The notes beneath the pieces are model-generated. The model was not told the origin of the DNA and did not search any database. It saw only the letters and a list, made by a program, of their open reading frames with translations. A stretch of DNA of 36,239 nt from Octopus bimaculoides (Eukaryota): the NCBI RefSeq assembly GCF_001194135.2, contig NC_069006.1, positions 21,923,237 to 21,959,475 of the forward strand, read 5' to 3'. Made by a program: the position numbers and the translations under genes. Shown piece by piece: positions 35,546-36,239 of this stretch (positions are counted from its first letter, which is position 1; every line of letters begins with the position of its first letter).

Positions 35546-36239
35546 TGATAGAAAAAACAACAAAAGAATATATATGTGTGTGTGTGTATATATACACAAA
35601 CACATACATACACACACACACACACATAAACATCCAACATATGTACATGTAGTGTGTTTATATATATATTGTTTGCAAACAACTTGCAGATGCAAGTGTC
35701 ACCAGTTGAAAGCTCTGCATACAAGATGTTAGCAGGCTTATGAGGTCATCAGGAGAGAATGCATGCTGTTTCAGAACCTTCCTCACAATGGTATTATGGT
35801 ACCAGGTACTAGGTTTAGATTTCTCATCAATCAGGGACTATCCATAAGTGAGTGTTTCAATATGGTTGTCTAGTCTGCTTGAAATAGCAGCCAAATCTCA
35901 GTCAAATCATACTCTACAATCTTAGACACACTTATGGATATAATCAACTCAAATCTAGATATATTATAGGCAAAAGATATTTAATTCTGTATATTCACAA
36001 CTATTTTACATTTTGCATTGGGTTACACCAATTACATAGCCAAATGCAAACTATGAAACAGCTGTAAACATAAAAAAATGGAAAAGCACTCGGAGAGCAC
36101 AGACCACCGCCAAGCAGCTCATTTCCACCCATATACACGCATGCTGAAAATCGCCCAATTTCCCAAACCAACGCTGGCAAAAACATAACCTCCTTGGTGG
36201 GGGTAAAAAGAAATATATATATATATATATATATATATA

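Noticed and set aside
81-35732. Long ORFs rich in YI/CV/HT/ER/X in the ORF track (e.g. 5056-5511, 8885-9406, 20869-21375, 31803-32858)
   Set aside because: They are translations of dinucleotide microsatellites or N runs, not genes.
1-36239. CRISPR arrays, operons, rRNA or tRNA genes
   Set aside because: None seen. The tRNA-like segments are decayed SINE heads, and the 33-bp repeat at 4038-4232 has no spacers.

Overview
AT-rich animal genomic DNA, most likely a coleoid cephalopod (Octopus-like). This is inferred from the dense (TA)n/(CA)n/(GA)n microsatellites, N-gaps beside them, and recurring tRNA-headed SINE families. Almost all ORFs in the supplied track are artefacts of microsatellites, N-runs or repeats. 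What the sequence supports: (1) small, phase-compatible + strand candidate exons of one unidentified protein-coding gene (core 17285-17418, 18490-18523, 23113-23219, 28647-28721; weaker candidates at 4759-4798, 8411-8458, 31575-31670); (2) about 25 SINE copies or fragments with a modular build; (3) decayed non-LTR retrotransposon ORF2 fragments (two RTE-like, one CR1/L2/Jockey-group-like, one R4/Dong-like); (4) an internally deleted Tc1/mariner right end; (5) a ~290-bp foldback (MITE-like) element; (6) a CpG-rich ~190-bp insert in (TA)n carrying a minimal hammerhead-ribozyme-like fold with a non-canonical core (CUGUUGA), the most unusual signal here. SINE family letters A-F are my own labels and repeat boundaries are approximate. 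No database searches were run.
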